Source: Geosiphon pyriformis uo1
Lineage: Eukaryota; Fungi; Glomeromycota
Reading direction: 5' to 3'
Assembly: GCA_016748015.1 (NCBI GenBank)
Contig: JAAOMT010000352.1
Location: forward strand, 62,001-126,000
Length of the DNA stretch: 64,000 bases
How positions within the stretch are numbered: position 1 is the first letter of the stretch; every line of letters begins with the position of its first letter. The position numbers and the translations under genes were made by a program. The notes under the pieces were generated by a model that searched no databases, was not told where the DNA came from, and saw nothing but the letters and a program-made list of their open reading frames with translations. Shown in pieces: positions 34,023 to 48,300 of this stretch.

Positions 34023-37000
34023 TATTACAAATGATTATTTGGGATGTTAAAACAAATAACAAATCTGTAACTTGGTGTTTAATAGTTAGTAATATTAGTA
34101 ATTTCTGAAGGTTTTGAAGTCTAAAAATTTTGGTTGAGTTCTTTGTATAATAAACAGAGATTTAATTGATAGTTTTTTTCATAAATTTTTTTCTTCAGCA
34201 TAGTGGCTAGTTTATTTTAGCAGTTGTGCTCTTTTGATAAGCTATCTTTAAATTTCTACTCTTATTTTTAGGTTTTTTATTAGACTATTCTTAATGTCAA
34301 AATATTTAATGCTTAATTCCTTTAATCAATTAGTAAATAACAAAGAAACCAAACAAAAAAAAATAAAAAAAAATAAAAAATTAATATTTTATTAATAGTT
34401 GTAATCAAGAACTATTGGTTTAATGTAATTAAGTATTGAATTCTATCAATATAAAGTGTTAATAGTATAAAAGTGAGTAATATTTTTAATTAAATGACAA
34501 TAGATGTTTTATTAATATTAATGTGTTTCTATTTCAAGTTATAGAAAACTATCTTTTAAAAAAAGAATATTAAGATTTTAAACTTTATCAAATTCTGAAT
34601 ACTTTTCTACTTTTAACATTCTTATTATATATACATAATTTCTGTTATATAAGATTCCTGGAAATTCTGCAATTTCCAAAAAGAATCCTAAAATTCTGCA
34701 ATTTCTTAAAAAAAATTTTGGAATTCTGAAATTCTGCAATTCTTTAAAAAAATTCTGGAATTTTCTATTTTACTATGTTTATTTTTGATTGGCTATTTTA
34801 TTTATTATTATAATTCCTAATTTTTATAAGTAACATTATTCTTTCTTTTTAATATTGAATTTTATTAAGATTTCCTAAATCTCTTAAATTTTTTCTTAGA
34901 TTAGCTCTATTATTTCTTTCTTAAAAATTACTTAGACAATATTGGTCTGTAATTTTTCAAATTGAGTATTAATAATTTTTTCCAATTGGTTGATAGTTAC
35001 TATGTTTATTATTAGATATAATAATATTTCCAAACAGTCTTGAAACCTTGTTTGTAATTGGTATATTGCTTATATTTGTATAGATAGATTGTTTTTTCTT
35101 ACAAATTGTTTGAATTGTTGTAATATTATTATATTGAATATTTGTTTTGTTTTATTTGTATATAAGTTTTAAATATTGAGTTTTTGTCCCAAATAATAAT
35201 AACAAAACTTCTTTGAAAATTGTTGTGTCCACTATTTCCAATTTTTTTTGGTTAACTTCTTATATAGTACTATTGTCTTTAGTATTTCTATGGATATTTT
35301 TACTTTTGCTATTATATCCTCTACTATATTTTTATATTTTCTGTATATCTTATATTGTATTTCATACTGAGATTTCTATTTTGTTTCTGTATATTGAATG
35401 ATTTGTTAATTGATTGTGATTTTTATGTTCAGTTTTTAATATTTAATTAGTTAAAATAATTGTTGTATTAGTAAATAAATATTATTAGTAATTTTTATAT
35501 TTTTATTTGTTTTTAATATGTGTATTGGGTCTTTATATACTGTTTTTATTAATTATTTTAATGTGTTTGTGTCAATAATTATGATTGATTCTAGATTTCA
35601 TAGAATTTTATCTGATTAGACTAGTATTCATTATACTTCTAGTTGTAAAATATTACTAATAGATAATAATACTATGTTGTAATATGGTTTCAGTCAATCT
35701 CTATGTGCTGTTTTAGCTAAGATTTTGTTGTTTTATCTTAATTTATAAGCTCTATTTTCTAAAATTTTTCAATGTAAAATGGTTTATTCTATTCGAAATC
35801 AAATTTCTACTCTATTGTTTTTCTACTTTGGTATAATATAAGAATATTTTGTTTCCAATCCTAAATTCGATTGGTTTTTTTGGTAATTGATTATCATGTC
35901 ATTTTTTTTGTTTTGCTTGTGACTTTTAGATATTATTAATTGCTCTTTGTCTTTTGTTTTCTAAAGTTTCTATTAAATTGTATGTTCTTTTTAACAATGT
36001 TTTTTGAAAATTGGCTTTTATTATTGGTTTTATTGGATATGTATTGATATCTATCTTAACTGGTAATATTACTGTTCTATAAACAAGTTTAAATAGTGTT
36101 GCTTATATGGTATCTTGCTTTATTGTTTAATAAACAAATAATACTGATGATATAAACAAATCTTATTTGTTCTGGTTTTTTTGGATTTTGACTATTGCTT
36201 TACACAATGTTCTATTGAATTTTTCAACTAAGCTATTTGTTTATAGATAATATAATAATAATAATAGTCTCTTAATTCCAAATCTTTGACTTAATTCTGT
36301 TAATATTCTGTTCACAAAATGAGTTTTTTAATCTGATAACAATTTTTTGGACATTTATGTTAACAAATCAAATCTTGGTAAATAAATTCAGCTATAAATT
36401 TTGTATTTGTTTTTTGAATTGCTTTTGTTTTTGGCCATTTTGTAAGATAGTCTATGATTATTGCTATATATTGATTAACTTTGTTGGTTATTATTAATAG
36501 TTTGACTAAGTTAATTCTAATTTAATCAAATAGTTGTTTTACTTTAATTGGTTTTAGTGGTTTATTGAATCTTGTTTCTCTTTTTCTCTAATAAACATCA
36601 CAATTTTGAACATATTGAATAATTTTTAAATACATAAGTGGCCAATAGTATCTTTTTCTGGTTTTTTTTATGGTTGTTTTTTTATAAAAATGTCCTGCTG
36701 TTAGATCTGAATACATATTAAATAATATTGTTTTTTTCTTTAATTCTGTAATTACTTTGAATAACTGGTCTGAATTTTCTGTTTTTCTGATATAGTATAT
36801 TTTGATAAATAATAAAGTATTTTGATTGTTGTTTTATGTTGCTTTGTTTTTTTAAGATAATTTCTTCTTGAATTATTGAATATTAATATAATATTAGAGT
36901 TGTTAATATTTTTGTGTATTTATTTTTTATTATATTTTTGGATTAAAATGTTTAGATTTGTCTTATTTGTGACAAACTGTTAGTATTTCAGTTTTTTTTT

Positions 37001-40000
37001 TTTATAATGTACAGTATAATTAAATAGTAATAGTTTTATTTTTTATCTTGTATAGTAATTATTTCTAAATTCTTGTTTCTGAATTAATGTCAATCTTTTG
37101 TGATTAGTATACACATCAAACTTTTGATTCAAGTATTTTTTCTATTTGATAACAGTCCAATAGATAGCTAAATATTCTAATACTAAAGTTCTATAATTTT
37201 TTTTGGCTGAACTCAAACTTCTGTTGGCATATGCCACTAGATGTTCTTGTTTATTAGCTTCTTTTTATGACAATATGGCTTTCAATGCTTGACTGGATAC
37301 ATTAGTGATAATAATAAATGGCTTGTTATGATCTAGATAAATCAATCAATATTGAGGCTTGAATAAGCTTTCTTCTCAAGATGTTAAAAGCTTCTTGTTG
37401 GGTTTTAGTCTATTTATATTTAACATTTTTTGCTTGGAGCTAATGAAGTAATTGAACCAGTTTGAAGAAGTTTTGGATAAAACAGCAATAGTATTTAACA
37501 AATTCCAAAAATGCTTTTAATTCTGTAAGATTTGTTAATACTGGAAAGTTTTTAACTATTTTAATTTTATTTAAATTTGTTTTAATGTTATTTTTGTTTA
37601 TAACATGTTCCAAAAACTTGAATTCAGTTTTGTCAAAGAAGTATTTAGTTGTATTTAATTTCAATCTAGCTCTTTTTAATCTTTTGAATATTTGTTGAAA
37701 ATGATTAAGATAATTATCAAATGTTTTTGAGAACACATTAGTATTATCTAAGTAGATTACTACTAATTTTCATAATAATCTAGTGTAGACAATTTTCATA
37801 AGCTGTTAGAAAGTAGCTGAAGCATTAGTTAAGCCAAAAGGCATAATGTCAAATTCAAAATTCTTTTCTCTGGTTGTAAATACTGTTTTTTTCTTGTTAA
37901 CTGAATTCATAACTACTTGTCAATAACCATTATCTAAGTCTAATATTGAAAATCATTTCTTCTTTTTAAAAATATTGAATAATTCCTGGATCTATAAAAT
38001 TAGATAACTGTCTCCATAAGTAATACTATTGAGTTTTCTGTAATTTACACAAAAATAAATTTTTCTATTTTTTTTTAGACAAATATCATTAGTAATAATT
38101 ATAGACTTATTGATAATTGAATTAACTTATTGTTTAAAATTTTGTTGATTTCTTGTTAGATGATTTTATGACTGGCTGGTAGTATTTTGTATGCTTTTTT
38201 TTTGATTAATATTGCATTTTCAGTTTTGCCAAATTCATTTTTACTGGCAAAGATGTCAGTAAAGTTGTTGAATAGCATTTTGAATTGCATTTGTTAAAGT
38301 GGATCTAAATTTTCCAAGTTTATTTGTTCTAATTATTCTGGTTACAACAAATAATATTTTTCTTATCTGTATATAGTTTGTAATATAATATTCACATATT
38401 GACACAGTTGTAAAAGATCTGAAATAATGGTGGGTGTTTAATTCTCAACTTCAATACTTAAGTATCTAATGATAGATTTACTTGGTATTTCTATGAGATT
38501 TTTAGTTATGTTATATATTGGAATCTTAATGTGTCTATAATTCTTGGCTGGTATGTAGAAATTGGTAATGTCAATCTTTTTTGATTCACAAATGTTTGTT
38601 TTAGCTTCAAAAATCTGGGATTGATCTTTTACTTTCCTTTCTATAGCTAATATATACTGGTCATATGGTAAAATAGAAATTGATTAATGGATAAATATAA
38701 TTTTTCTCTTGTTAATTGTTTTTTTTTACTATATTGACTGGTATTTCTATTTTACTTATAGATATAAATCTTTTTATCTCTTTAACTGTAATTTTTAATT
38801 CTTTTCTTGTTCTTACTGATACTAACTGAGCTATTTTAATTAAAAACAAAAATATTGTCTGTGTTATTTTTTTGTTTGGTTTAATAATATCCTTTTTCTA
38901 AGTCATTTTGTAGTATTGCAATGATATTTCTTACATATTTTATATTAATTATTCTTTTTCTAATATTAATCCTTTTTTTTACTAAACTAGATTTAAAAGC
39001 TAATTGGATCATTGTTATTGTCAGAATTTTCAGTACTATTTTCAAATCTATATTAATGTGTAAATGAAGTTCTAATTAGATAACAGTTTTTCTGAATATT
39101 TAAGATTAAATTTTGTATTAGTATTATGTGAATGTTCTGGTTTAATATTTTTATTATTATTGCTAAACCATTTAAGTTTTTGTTTTATTGAAAGATTTGA
39201 AAGCACAATATATTGTTTGAAATTATAATTGGAATTTGAATTGTTATTGTTGTTATTGCCATTGTAGATAAAGTTGAAACTATTGTTGTTGTTATTGTCA
39301 GAGTCTGAATTGTAATTAATATTCAATTCTGATTCTGATATGCATTTACTAATTGGTTTTTCTTCTTTAAGAATTGAATAAATTATGTGTAATAATGAAT
39401 TATAAATAAAATCACAATTATCATAATATTTAAAGTTATTGGGAATTAGACAATATTTACAAAGTCTAGTATTTAGTTGTTCCAAATACTGTTCTTGCTC
39501 TTTTTTAGTAAATGCTAGATCTTGGTAGTGTTTATAAAATTGTTTTGGGTTATTCAAAATGTTGATAAATCTATCCGAATTGGGAATAAGAACAGTTTTA
39601 ACAGATTCTGGTAGATTATTCTTAATTGTAAGTATTTTATTAAGTAAAGTGTCTTTGACTTTGGCACTTATCATTTGCCAGATTTTATATTTATTGTGTA
39701 AGTAGTCATTCAAACATGAAAGTGCTTATTTCTATGTAATGTTAAAAAATGTTTTTTGGCTTATTCAGTTGCTTATTAAGATTGTATATTGGCATAATAC
39801 ATTACATATTTCTTCTTGACCAGAAATATCATTTTACATTCCTTTATTAAGCAATATTTTTTTACAAACAAGACATAATTCATTGTTCTATTTTTTTTGT
39901 TATTTTGGATATCTGAAACATTTTTAGTGGCACAGTTTACAGTAGTAATAAGTATGTATTCAGTAGTTTTTTTTAGACAAAATCCAAGCTTTTATAGAGA

Positions 40001-42386
40001 AAAGCTTTTTATTATAGTTTATATATCTAAGTAAAATATATAGTAGTTTTTTTTTTGTGTTTATAGAATATGATTTATTTTATTCACTGGTTATTTTTTC
40101 AGTAGTTGTGGTGGCTTTTAGTTTGTTTTTTTTTGTTTTTTTTTCTTTATTGTCCTAAAAGAGTATTAGCAATAATTTTTTTTTCCAGATAGGTTTTTTT
40201 TTTCTTTCAATTCAATCAATGATTGTTTTCTTAAAGAAGCTTTAAAGTGTCTACAAATGGCAGGTACTCAATTATGTTAACCATTAAATATTAACTGAAG
40301 CTTTTGAGTATTCCAGTCAAGTATGGCATTGGTTTTGAACAGCCAGTTATTATCAATAAAAGCTTGGTATTGTGTGGTTTTTATTACAAGAACTTTAATT
40401 AATACTATAATGCTATTAACTTCAAATAAAAAGTTATTGATTTTGTTAATGTAAGTCTTGATAGCTTCATTAGTAATAATAATTTTAATGTTAGCAGTAT
40501 AATTAACTTGACAATCTAATTGGTTTATGAGTTGTTATGTAATAATGCTGTTTACTAATCCACTATAAAAAATTAGCTTAATAGATTGATCATCAACTTT
40601 AGCATTAATATACATAGTAATAATTGGTTTAATATTAAGAGTGGCTCTATTGAATAAAAATAGTATTATTGATTCCTTTAATTTGAAAGGAAATATGGCT
40701 ATAAATAACTTGTTTTCAGTAATAGTTGCTAGTAGAATGTTGTTGATAAATGGTGTTTTTAGATTAGTTTTCAAGTTGTTGAATAGTGTTACAGATAATT
40801 ATTTGAGATGTTAATACAAATAACTTAGTACTTAATAAGTAATTTGTTGGGTGATATCTGAAGATTTTGGTTGAGTTTTTTGTATAATAAACAAAAATTC
40901 AATGTTGATATTTTGTTGTGATAGTTTTTTAATTTCCTCTCTAACTTTCAAGTTAGTATGCATTGTTGTTTATAGCCTCTCAAAATAATTATTCCATCAA
41001 TTTTTTTTTCAGCTTAATAGCCAGTTTTCTGGTAAGCTATTCTTTAATTTTAAGTATTTACTCTTATTTCTGGGTTTTTTATCAGTTCTTTTGATATTAA
41101 TAACTTCACATGTTAATTCTTAATCAATTAGTAAACTACAAAAAAAGAAAAAAAAAGAAAATAAAATAAAGAAAATAAAAGAAAATAAAAGAAATTAGTA
41201 TTATGTCAATAACTATAATTAAGAGCTATTGGTTCAATGTAGTTAAGTATTATATTTTTTTTGATGTTTCTGTTGGTGTTTGTAATATTCTTTTGTTTGC
41301 AAAGATAATAAAAAATCTTTGTTAGATGTATTTTTCAATTTTTTTATTAATGTAGAATTGAAAGTTGATTCTGTTGGCCAATAGTTACTTATTAGTTCAA
41401 AGTAAATTTGGTAATATTAAAATAAGGATTTTACAAATTCTAAATAATTTTCTTTTATAATTTTTTGGTCTGTTACTTTTCCAAATAGTTGATATTGATA
41501 CTGGTTTTCTGTTAAATTATATTTTATAGAAAGCACTAAATATTATAAGTAATTATTTGAAATGTTAAAACAAATAACAAACTTATAACTTGGTACTTAA
41601 TAGCTGGTAATATTGGTAATTTCTAAAGATTTTGAAGTTTAAAGGTTTTGGTTAAGTTTTTTGTATAATGAATATAAATTTAATTGATGATTTTTTCTAT
41701 GAATTTTTTTCTTTAGTATGTTAACTAGTTTATTTTAATAGTTGTGCCTTTTTGGTAAGCTATTCTTAAATTTTTACTCTTATTTTTGGGTCTTTTACCA
41801 GGCTATTTTTGACATCAAAATACTTAACACTTAATTCCTTTAATTAATTAATAAACAACAAAAAAACAAAACAAAAAAATAAATAAATAAATAAAAATAA
41901 AAATAAAAAATTAGTATTTTATTAATAGTCATGATTAAAATCTATTAGTCCAAAGTAGTTAAGTATTAAATTTTATTAACATAAAGTGTTAATAGTATGA
42001 AAGTGAGTAATATTTTTAATCAAGTAATAATAATATAGATTGAATAATAATTAGATGTTTTATTAATATTGATATGTTTCTATTTCAAGTTATAGAAAAC
42101 TATCTTTTAAAAAAAGGGTATTAAAATTCTAAACTTTATCAAATTCTGAATACTTTTCTGCTTTTAATACTCTCATTATATATATATTATTTGTGTTATA
42201 TAAGATTTCTGAAAATCCTGCAATTTTTAAAAAAAATCCTGGAATTTTACAATTCCTTAAAAAAAATCCTGGAATTTTGAAATCCTGTAATTTTCCAAGA
42301 AAATCTTAAAATTTTCTATTTTATTATGTTTATTTCTGATTGGTTATTTTATTTATTATTATAATTTTTGATTTTTATAAATAATA
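34023..42386 (-). mobile_element. Element F: decayed B-family element with most of gag deleted
   Basis: 3' LTR 34023-34835; 5' LTR 41541-42386; TSD atgg/gtga (both derivable from gtgg, the sequence in C). ORF3, IN, RH, RT (37440-37736), dUTPase and PR (40535-40774) are colinear with B. Confidence 0.88.
40787..41252 (-). repeat. Truncated B-type LTR (R/U5 half) inside F, at the edge of the gag deletion
   Basis: Starts tgttacagataattatttg; LTR homology stops at ~41252, where F gag N-terminal sequence resumes. Confidence 0.75.
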
Positions 42387-45300
42387 GTGATTTGTTTTTC
42401 AATGATCAAAATATTATTTAGATAATTTTTGATCCAATATTCATAAAGAATATAAAAAAGCATTTTAAATGTTTTAATTTAGGAAATAATTGTTTATGTT
42501 AATTGAAAATATCTCTGTTTTGAGAATAATACATTTATTTATATTTGATTTTTGTTGATTTTTTGGGCTGGTATTATTACAACAAATAACTAATTAAGTT
42601 ATTTGTGATATTTTTTAAGTTTTGTATCATAAACAGAACAAATATTAAAAATTGTTCTATATTGATCTTATAGAATATATAAATCATTGTTTAAAACATT
42701 GTTGACTATAAAGAGTCTTTTCTATTGGTTAAAATATTTATTACTATATACATTGTTTTTGTTTGAGTAATATTTTAAAACCAAGTTACCAATACTTAAG
42801 AAAAGTGTTTTATAGATTTTTTTCTTCTTAAGCTTTTTTTAAAACTGTTTTATCTTTTTAAAAGCAATTATTTATGCTTTTACTAATGATATTAAGTGTT
42901 CTTTGCAAAATGTCTTTATAATTTTTTATTGTTATTTTTTCAAAAAATATTGTTTTAATATCAGTTTTTATTGGTAGAGTTGCTATTTGTTTATAAAACA
43001 AATAAAAAAGTTCATAACTTGTTATGTTATGATTCATAGTTTTATAAGCAAATAAAACTGAAGACAGTACTTTGTTCTCTAAGTTTGTTTCTTTACTAGT
43101 TTTGGCTAGGGTTTTACATAGTGTTTTATTAAATCATTCTACTAAGCTATTTGTTTAAAGATAATAAAGAGAAGAGAGTTTATAATATATTCTCATTTTT
43201 CTGTAAAGTTTTTTAATCAGTATACTAAAAAAAGCTTTTTCTTTATTAGATAAAAGTTTTTTGGGCATCTGTAGTGACAAATTATATCTTTGTAAATAAA
43301 ATTGGCTATTAAAACTGCTGTTTAATCTGAAATAGCTCTTGTTTTTATCTACTTTGTAAGATAGTTAGTAGTTGTAATAATATATCTGTTGTTATTAAAA
43401 GTTATTATTAAAGATTCAACAATATTTATACCAATTCTGTCAAATAATTGACTAAAAAAGATTAAATAGATATCTTTCTTGTAATTTGGTTTTTTTTTCT
43501 TTGATAGGTATCACAAATTTTGATGTACTTAGCAATATTTTTTTCTAAGATAGACCAATAATAATAAACTAAAGTTTTCTAAATTTTTTTTGTTTTTTCA
43601 AAGTGTCTAGTTAATAGATCAGTATATATGTTATAAATTACAATTTTTTTTCTTCAAATTTAATAACTTTTTAGAAGTGGTTAGAATTTTTTTTATTTTT
43701 TTTATAAAATTGGTTCTAATAAATTAAATAGAAATTTAATTGTTTATACAAATTTTTTTTGCTGTTAAGTATAGTCTGATAGATATTGTTCTTTATCCAA
43801 AAATTTTATTAGTGCAGAATAGTTGTTTAAGTCTATTATTATGCTTGTTTAAGAGAAAATTACTATTATTTAAATTGGTTTGATTTGTGAAAGTTATACT
43901 ATTACTGGGTGGTAAGTCTGAAAAAACATTAGTGTTTTGATAATTTGCTTCTTTATAGTGTTGAATATCATAGTTAAATTCATCCAAGTAAAATATTCAG
44001 TGAGTTATCCATTTGTATTCCAGTTTTTTTTTGTTGTGCAGTCAAACCAAGGCTTAATAATCTGTTATCACTAGAAATTTTACACTAAAAAAATATTTAT
44101 TTCAGTAATTAGTAGCTCAAACTACTACTAAGCATTTTTGTTCAGTAATTAAATAGTTTTGTTTTGCTGGTGAAAATGTTTTACCAACATATACTATAAC
44201 ATGTTTTTTGCCTTTTTTATCTTTTTGTAAAAAAACAGCACCAAGTTTATAGCCAGATACATTAATATAAAGAATAAAAAGTTAATTTAGATTAAGTTAT
44301 ATAAGTATAGGTTCTGTAACCAATTTTTTTTTTAAAGTTTTAAAGGCTTTTTGTTAATATATATCTCAGTAGTAATTGACATTTTTCTGAATAATTAATT
44401 AAGAAAAAAGACAATTTTGGAGAAATTCTTGACAAATTTTTAATAATAAAAGGCTAAACCAAGAAAAAAACATAGTTTATAAACATTTATTGGTTGTTTA
44501 ATATTCTGAACTTTTTCAACCTTGGCTGGGTCAAAAAAATTTTCATTTTTTATAATAAAATGACCAAAAAACTGTGTAGATTGTTATTCAAAAAAAAGTT
44601 TAATTGGATTGATCTTGAAACCAGTATTTCTAAAGAAATCAAAAACTTTTTGTAAATGTTTAAGATATTTATCTTAGGTTTTTAAGTATACTATTATGTT
44701 ATTTAAATAAACTAAAATAAAATTTTTTTTAACTGATTCAAATACTTTGTTCATCAAGTATTAAAAAGTAAAAGAAATATTAGTAAGACCAAAAAGCATA
44801 ACTGTGAATTTATAGGTGTCATACTTAGTAATAAAAGCAGTTTTTTTTCTGCTTTTTGAATTCATTTTTATCTGCCAAAATCCAACAGTTAAGTCAATAG
44901 TTGAAAAAAAAGCAGCACTATTAAATTGGTTTAGCATTGTATCAATCTTAAAGAGTAAGTATATGTCTTTTTCAGTAATAATATTTAATTGTCAATAATT
45001 AATATAAAAGCATAAAGTTCTATCTTTTTTGGATATTATTATAACTGAAAATGCACATTTGCTTTTGGTTTTTTGTATGAATTCAAGATTTTTCATCCAG
45101 TTTATTTTTTTTTAATGAATTTATTATTGTATTAATTGAATTAATAAGGCTTCAAATAAATAAAGTGAATTTTTTTGGTGGTAATAGTATGTTGTATCAC
45201 ATAAGTATATCTAAGAGTATTATCTTCTTTTGAAATAACTAGATTGTTTCTAACCAACAGATTTTTAATGTTTATTTTTTTTTAAAAAAGATTTTTTTTG

Positions 45301-48300
45301 TTTTACTATTATTAATTGAATTTCTGGTGGTTCATTTTCAAAGAATTTTTGTACTTCTTTTATTTTTTTTCTAGGTATTAAGCTAATTAGTTTCCAATCT
45401 TTGTAATAAATTAAACAAAACTTGTATTTATTACTAGAAAAATACAATAGTTTATTGTACCAAAATCAGACACAAGAGCCATACTACTAATAGCTGTATT
45501 TGGCTTTTTTACTAGGCTTTTGGTCAAAGATTCTTCTAAGTATATTATAATAAAGTCAGTAGATTATCTTGTCATTTACAATGATTCTTTTTTTGTTTGC
45601 TTTAACATTATCCAATAGCTTGTTATTACTAGTAAAGATAATATAAGTAAGTTTAGCAGTTTTTTTTTTTTTTTTATTGCTTTTTTTATTATTTGATTTA
45701 TCTAATTGTTTTTCTTGGTTTTGCTTGAGGGCTAGAGAAATTGTTCAATAGTAATACTTAATCACAATAGGTTTCTTATTATATTTAATAATTAGCTTAT
45801 AAAGTTTATAATTTAATAAAACTTTTGCTTTTTTAAGCCATTCATTGCCAATAATGATAGTGTATTTTTTAACTTCAGAAACTTCTATGTCTGTTTCAAT
45901 ATTAATACTATTAATGTAAACAGAAACAGCTTTGGCAATACCTAAATCTTTCTTCTTATTACTGTGTATATTGGTTATTAATTAAGTAGAAAGTTCATTA
46001 ATCTTTCTGCCAATGACTTCTAAAAAGTGTTTGACAATAATATTAATAGATAATTCACTGTCCAAAATTAATAACCAGCCACTTAAGCTTTGCAAATTAG
46101 AAAATTGACATTGTTATTGTTAGTAAGTTCAGCTTGTTAAAAGTGTTTATTAGTTTTTGGTGTCTTTTTTTTGAAATCAAGGATTTGCAAAGATTTTTTC
46201 TGAACTGTGAATGGATCATTAGTTAGCCAAAAATAATGTGCTGAAGTTTTTATGAAATTTTTGATAACACAATAGAATTCAGATTTTTGTACAATTTCTG
46301 GGAGTTTTAACTTTGGAGAATTTTTAAAAACTTTAGTCTTTGATGGCTTATTGTTATTAACAGTTGATGTAAAAGCTTTATTGAATTCTATAATAAAATT
46401 AACTTTGGTTTTTTTTTTTTTTTTGTAGTTTCGGAGAAGTTAATAGTTAATTTATCCATGTTATGGTTATTATCAGTTAAATTAAAAGCATAAAAAGAGT
46501 TTTTTTTGGTTGGCTTGTACTTTTACTTTTTGAAGATGCACTTACCAATTTAAAGACTAATAAACAATGGCTTCAATTAAGAGATTTTTTCCAAAAAAAT
46601 TGATGTTAGTATAATTAGATCTTTAATTAGAAACATTATTGTTATTAGGTCTGTTGTTTTAATTATCATTATTTCTAGGAGCTGGTAAAAATAAAGAAGA
46701 TTTGTTGTAATTTCTTAAAAAATATTCAGTCAATCCACAATAATAGAACACAGAAGAATCATGATTTTGTTGTCTTTGATAAGAAGACTGCTAAAAATAG
46801 TTAAAACAGAGTTCAAATCTAGGCCTTTGAAATTGTTGAATTTCTTTAACAGCTTGGGCTAATAGTTTTAATAATTGTACAAAATTGGTTGTAAGTTTGT
46901 TTATTAATTGTTTATTTGGATCTTAAATCTAAGCAACAAAGAAAGTAGCAGCTATTTGGAAAGCAAAAGTCAAAATAAAAGTAAGAACAAAAACTGATAG
47001 TGTAAATTCCAAATACATTCTTTGATTATTTTTAATTTTTTGGACAAATTCAATGGCTATTTTTATGGTAAAATTGTTTTTTAGAGCTAAAAGAAGCCAA
47101 AAAATATAAGATAAATCAGTTTTTTATTTTTTTGTAAAAAAGTAAATCTTTTGCTCTTCTGTCCAATTTTTTTCAGAGTCTACTTATTTGATGAGCTTTC
47201 TTATTGCTTTAGCATATTTAATTACTACTTTTCCTAAGTTTTAGGTTCTTTTTTCTAGTTTCACACATTATTTGAATATTAAGATTAGAGTTCTAAATCT
47301 GTTTTCAAACTAAGTAGTAAAAAAAGTATTGTCTTCTTCAATATTTGCTAATATTTATTTAATAATTTTTTGCTAAATATTGGTATTGGTTTTTTGTAAA
47401 AACCAGATAGCAAAAGAGTCTTGAAAATATTTACCAATGATTTAAAACTTGTAATTAATATTATATTAATTGACTGTAACTGTTCTTTTAAAGTTATCTA
47501 ACTATTTAATTAGATCTTAAATATTGTCTCTAAATAATAGTAATGGGGTGTTGTTTCTTTGTCCTAAAGCAGTTTGTATATCTTGGAGAGTAACTAAGAT
47601 GTTTGCTTGCATGAAATCAGCAGTCATTGGTTCAAAAATAGTTGTTTGAGTAAAAAAGTTTGATTTACTTAAGAAAAAATCAAAAATAAAAGCAGTTTTG
47701 TAACTTTTTTTTTTGTTTCAAAAGAAGTTTTAGCTAATTGATAAGCAGCAATTCAAATGTGAATTTGGTAATTCAGATATTTAAAATCAGAAGGTTGTTG
47801 TTTAAAGATTGTTGAGTATAAAAGCTAATTAATATTGTTATTTTTTTCTTTAAAAGCTTTTTTAAAGTAAGCTTAATCAAAGAAATAAATTGTATAAATT
47901 ATATAAGTTTTAACTAAATGTTCATTTAGAAACCAGTTCCAAAAATTTTAAAATTGTCTACTGAATTGTTTTTTAACAAAAAAACAGATCAAGCAAGAGA
48001 ATAGAGAATTGAGTTCAATAAAATCTAAATTATTTTTGTTGTATGCTGCAAAATATTCTTCTAATTGTTATAACAAATATGAATAATCACTTATACAATA
48101 GAAAACAAGTAAATATTTGACAATCTCACAAAAAGCACCACTTTTATGTTACAAGTTAAAATAAAAAGCTAACACATAACAAAAAAGAACAGAATTGTAT
48201 AGTAATAGAATAGATTAAAGGGAATTCAATTTTAAAGAATAAATTGAATAAATAAGGATTCAATATGCAAGATTAGTCTTATAAAATATCTTAGTTGCTA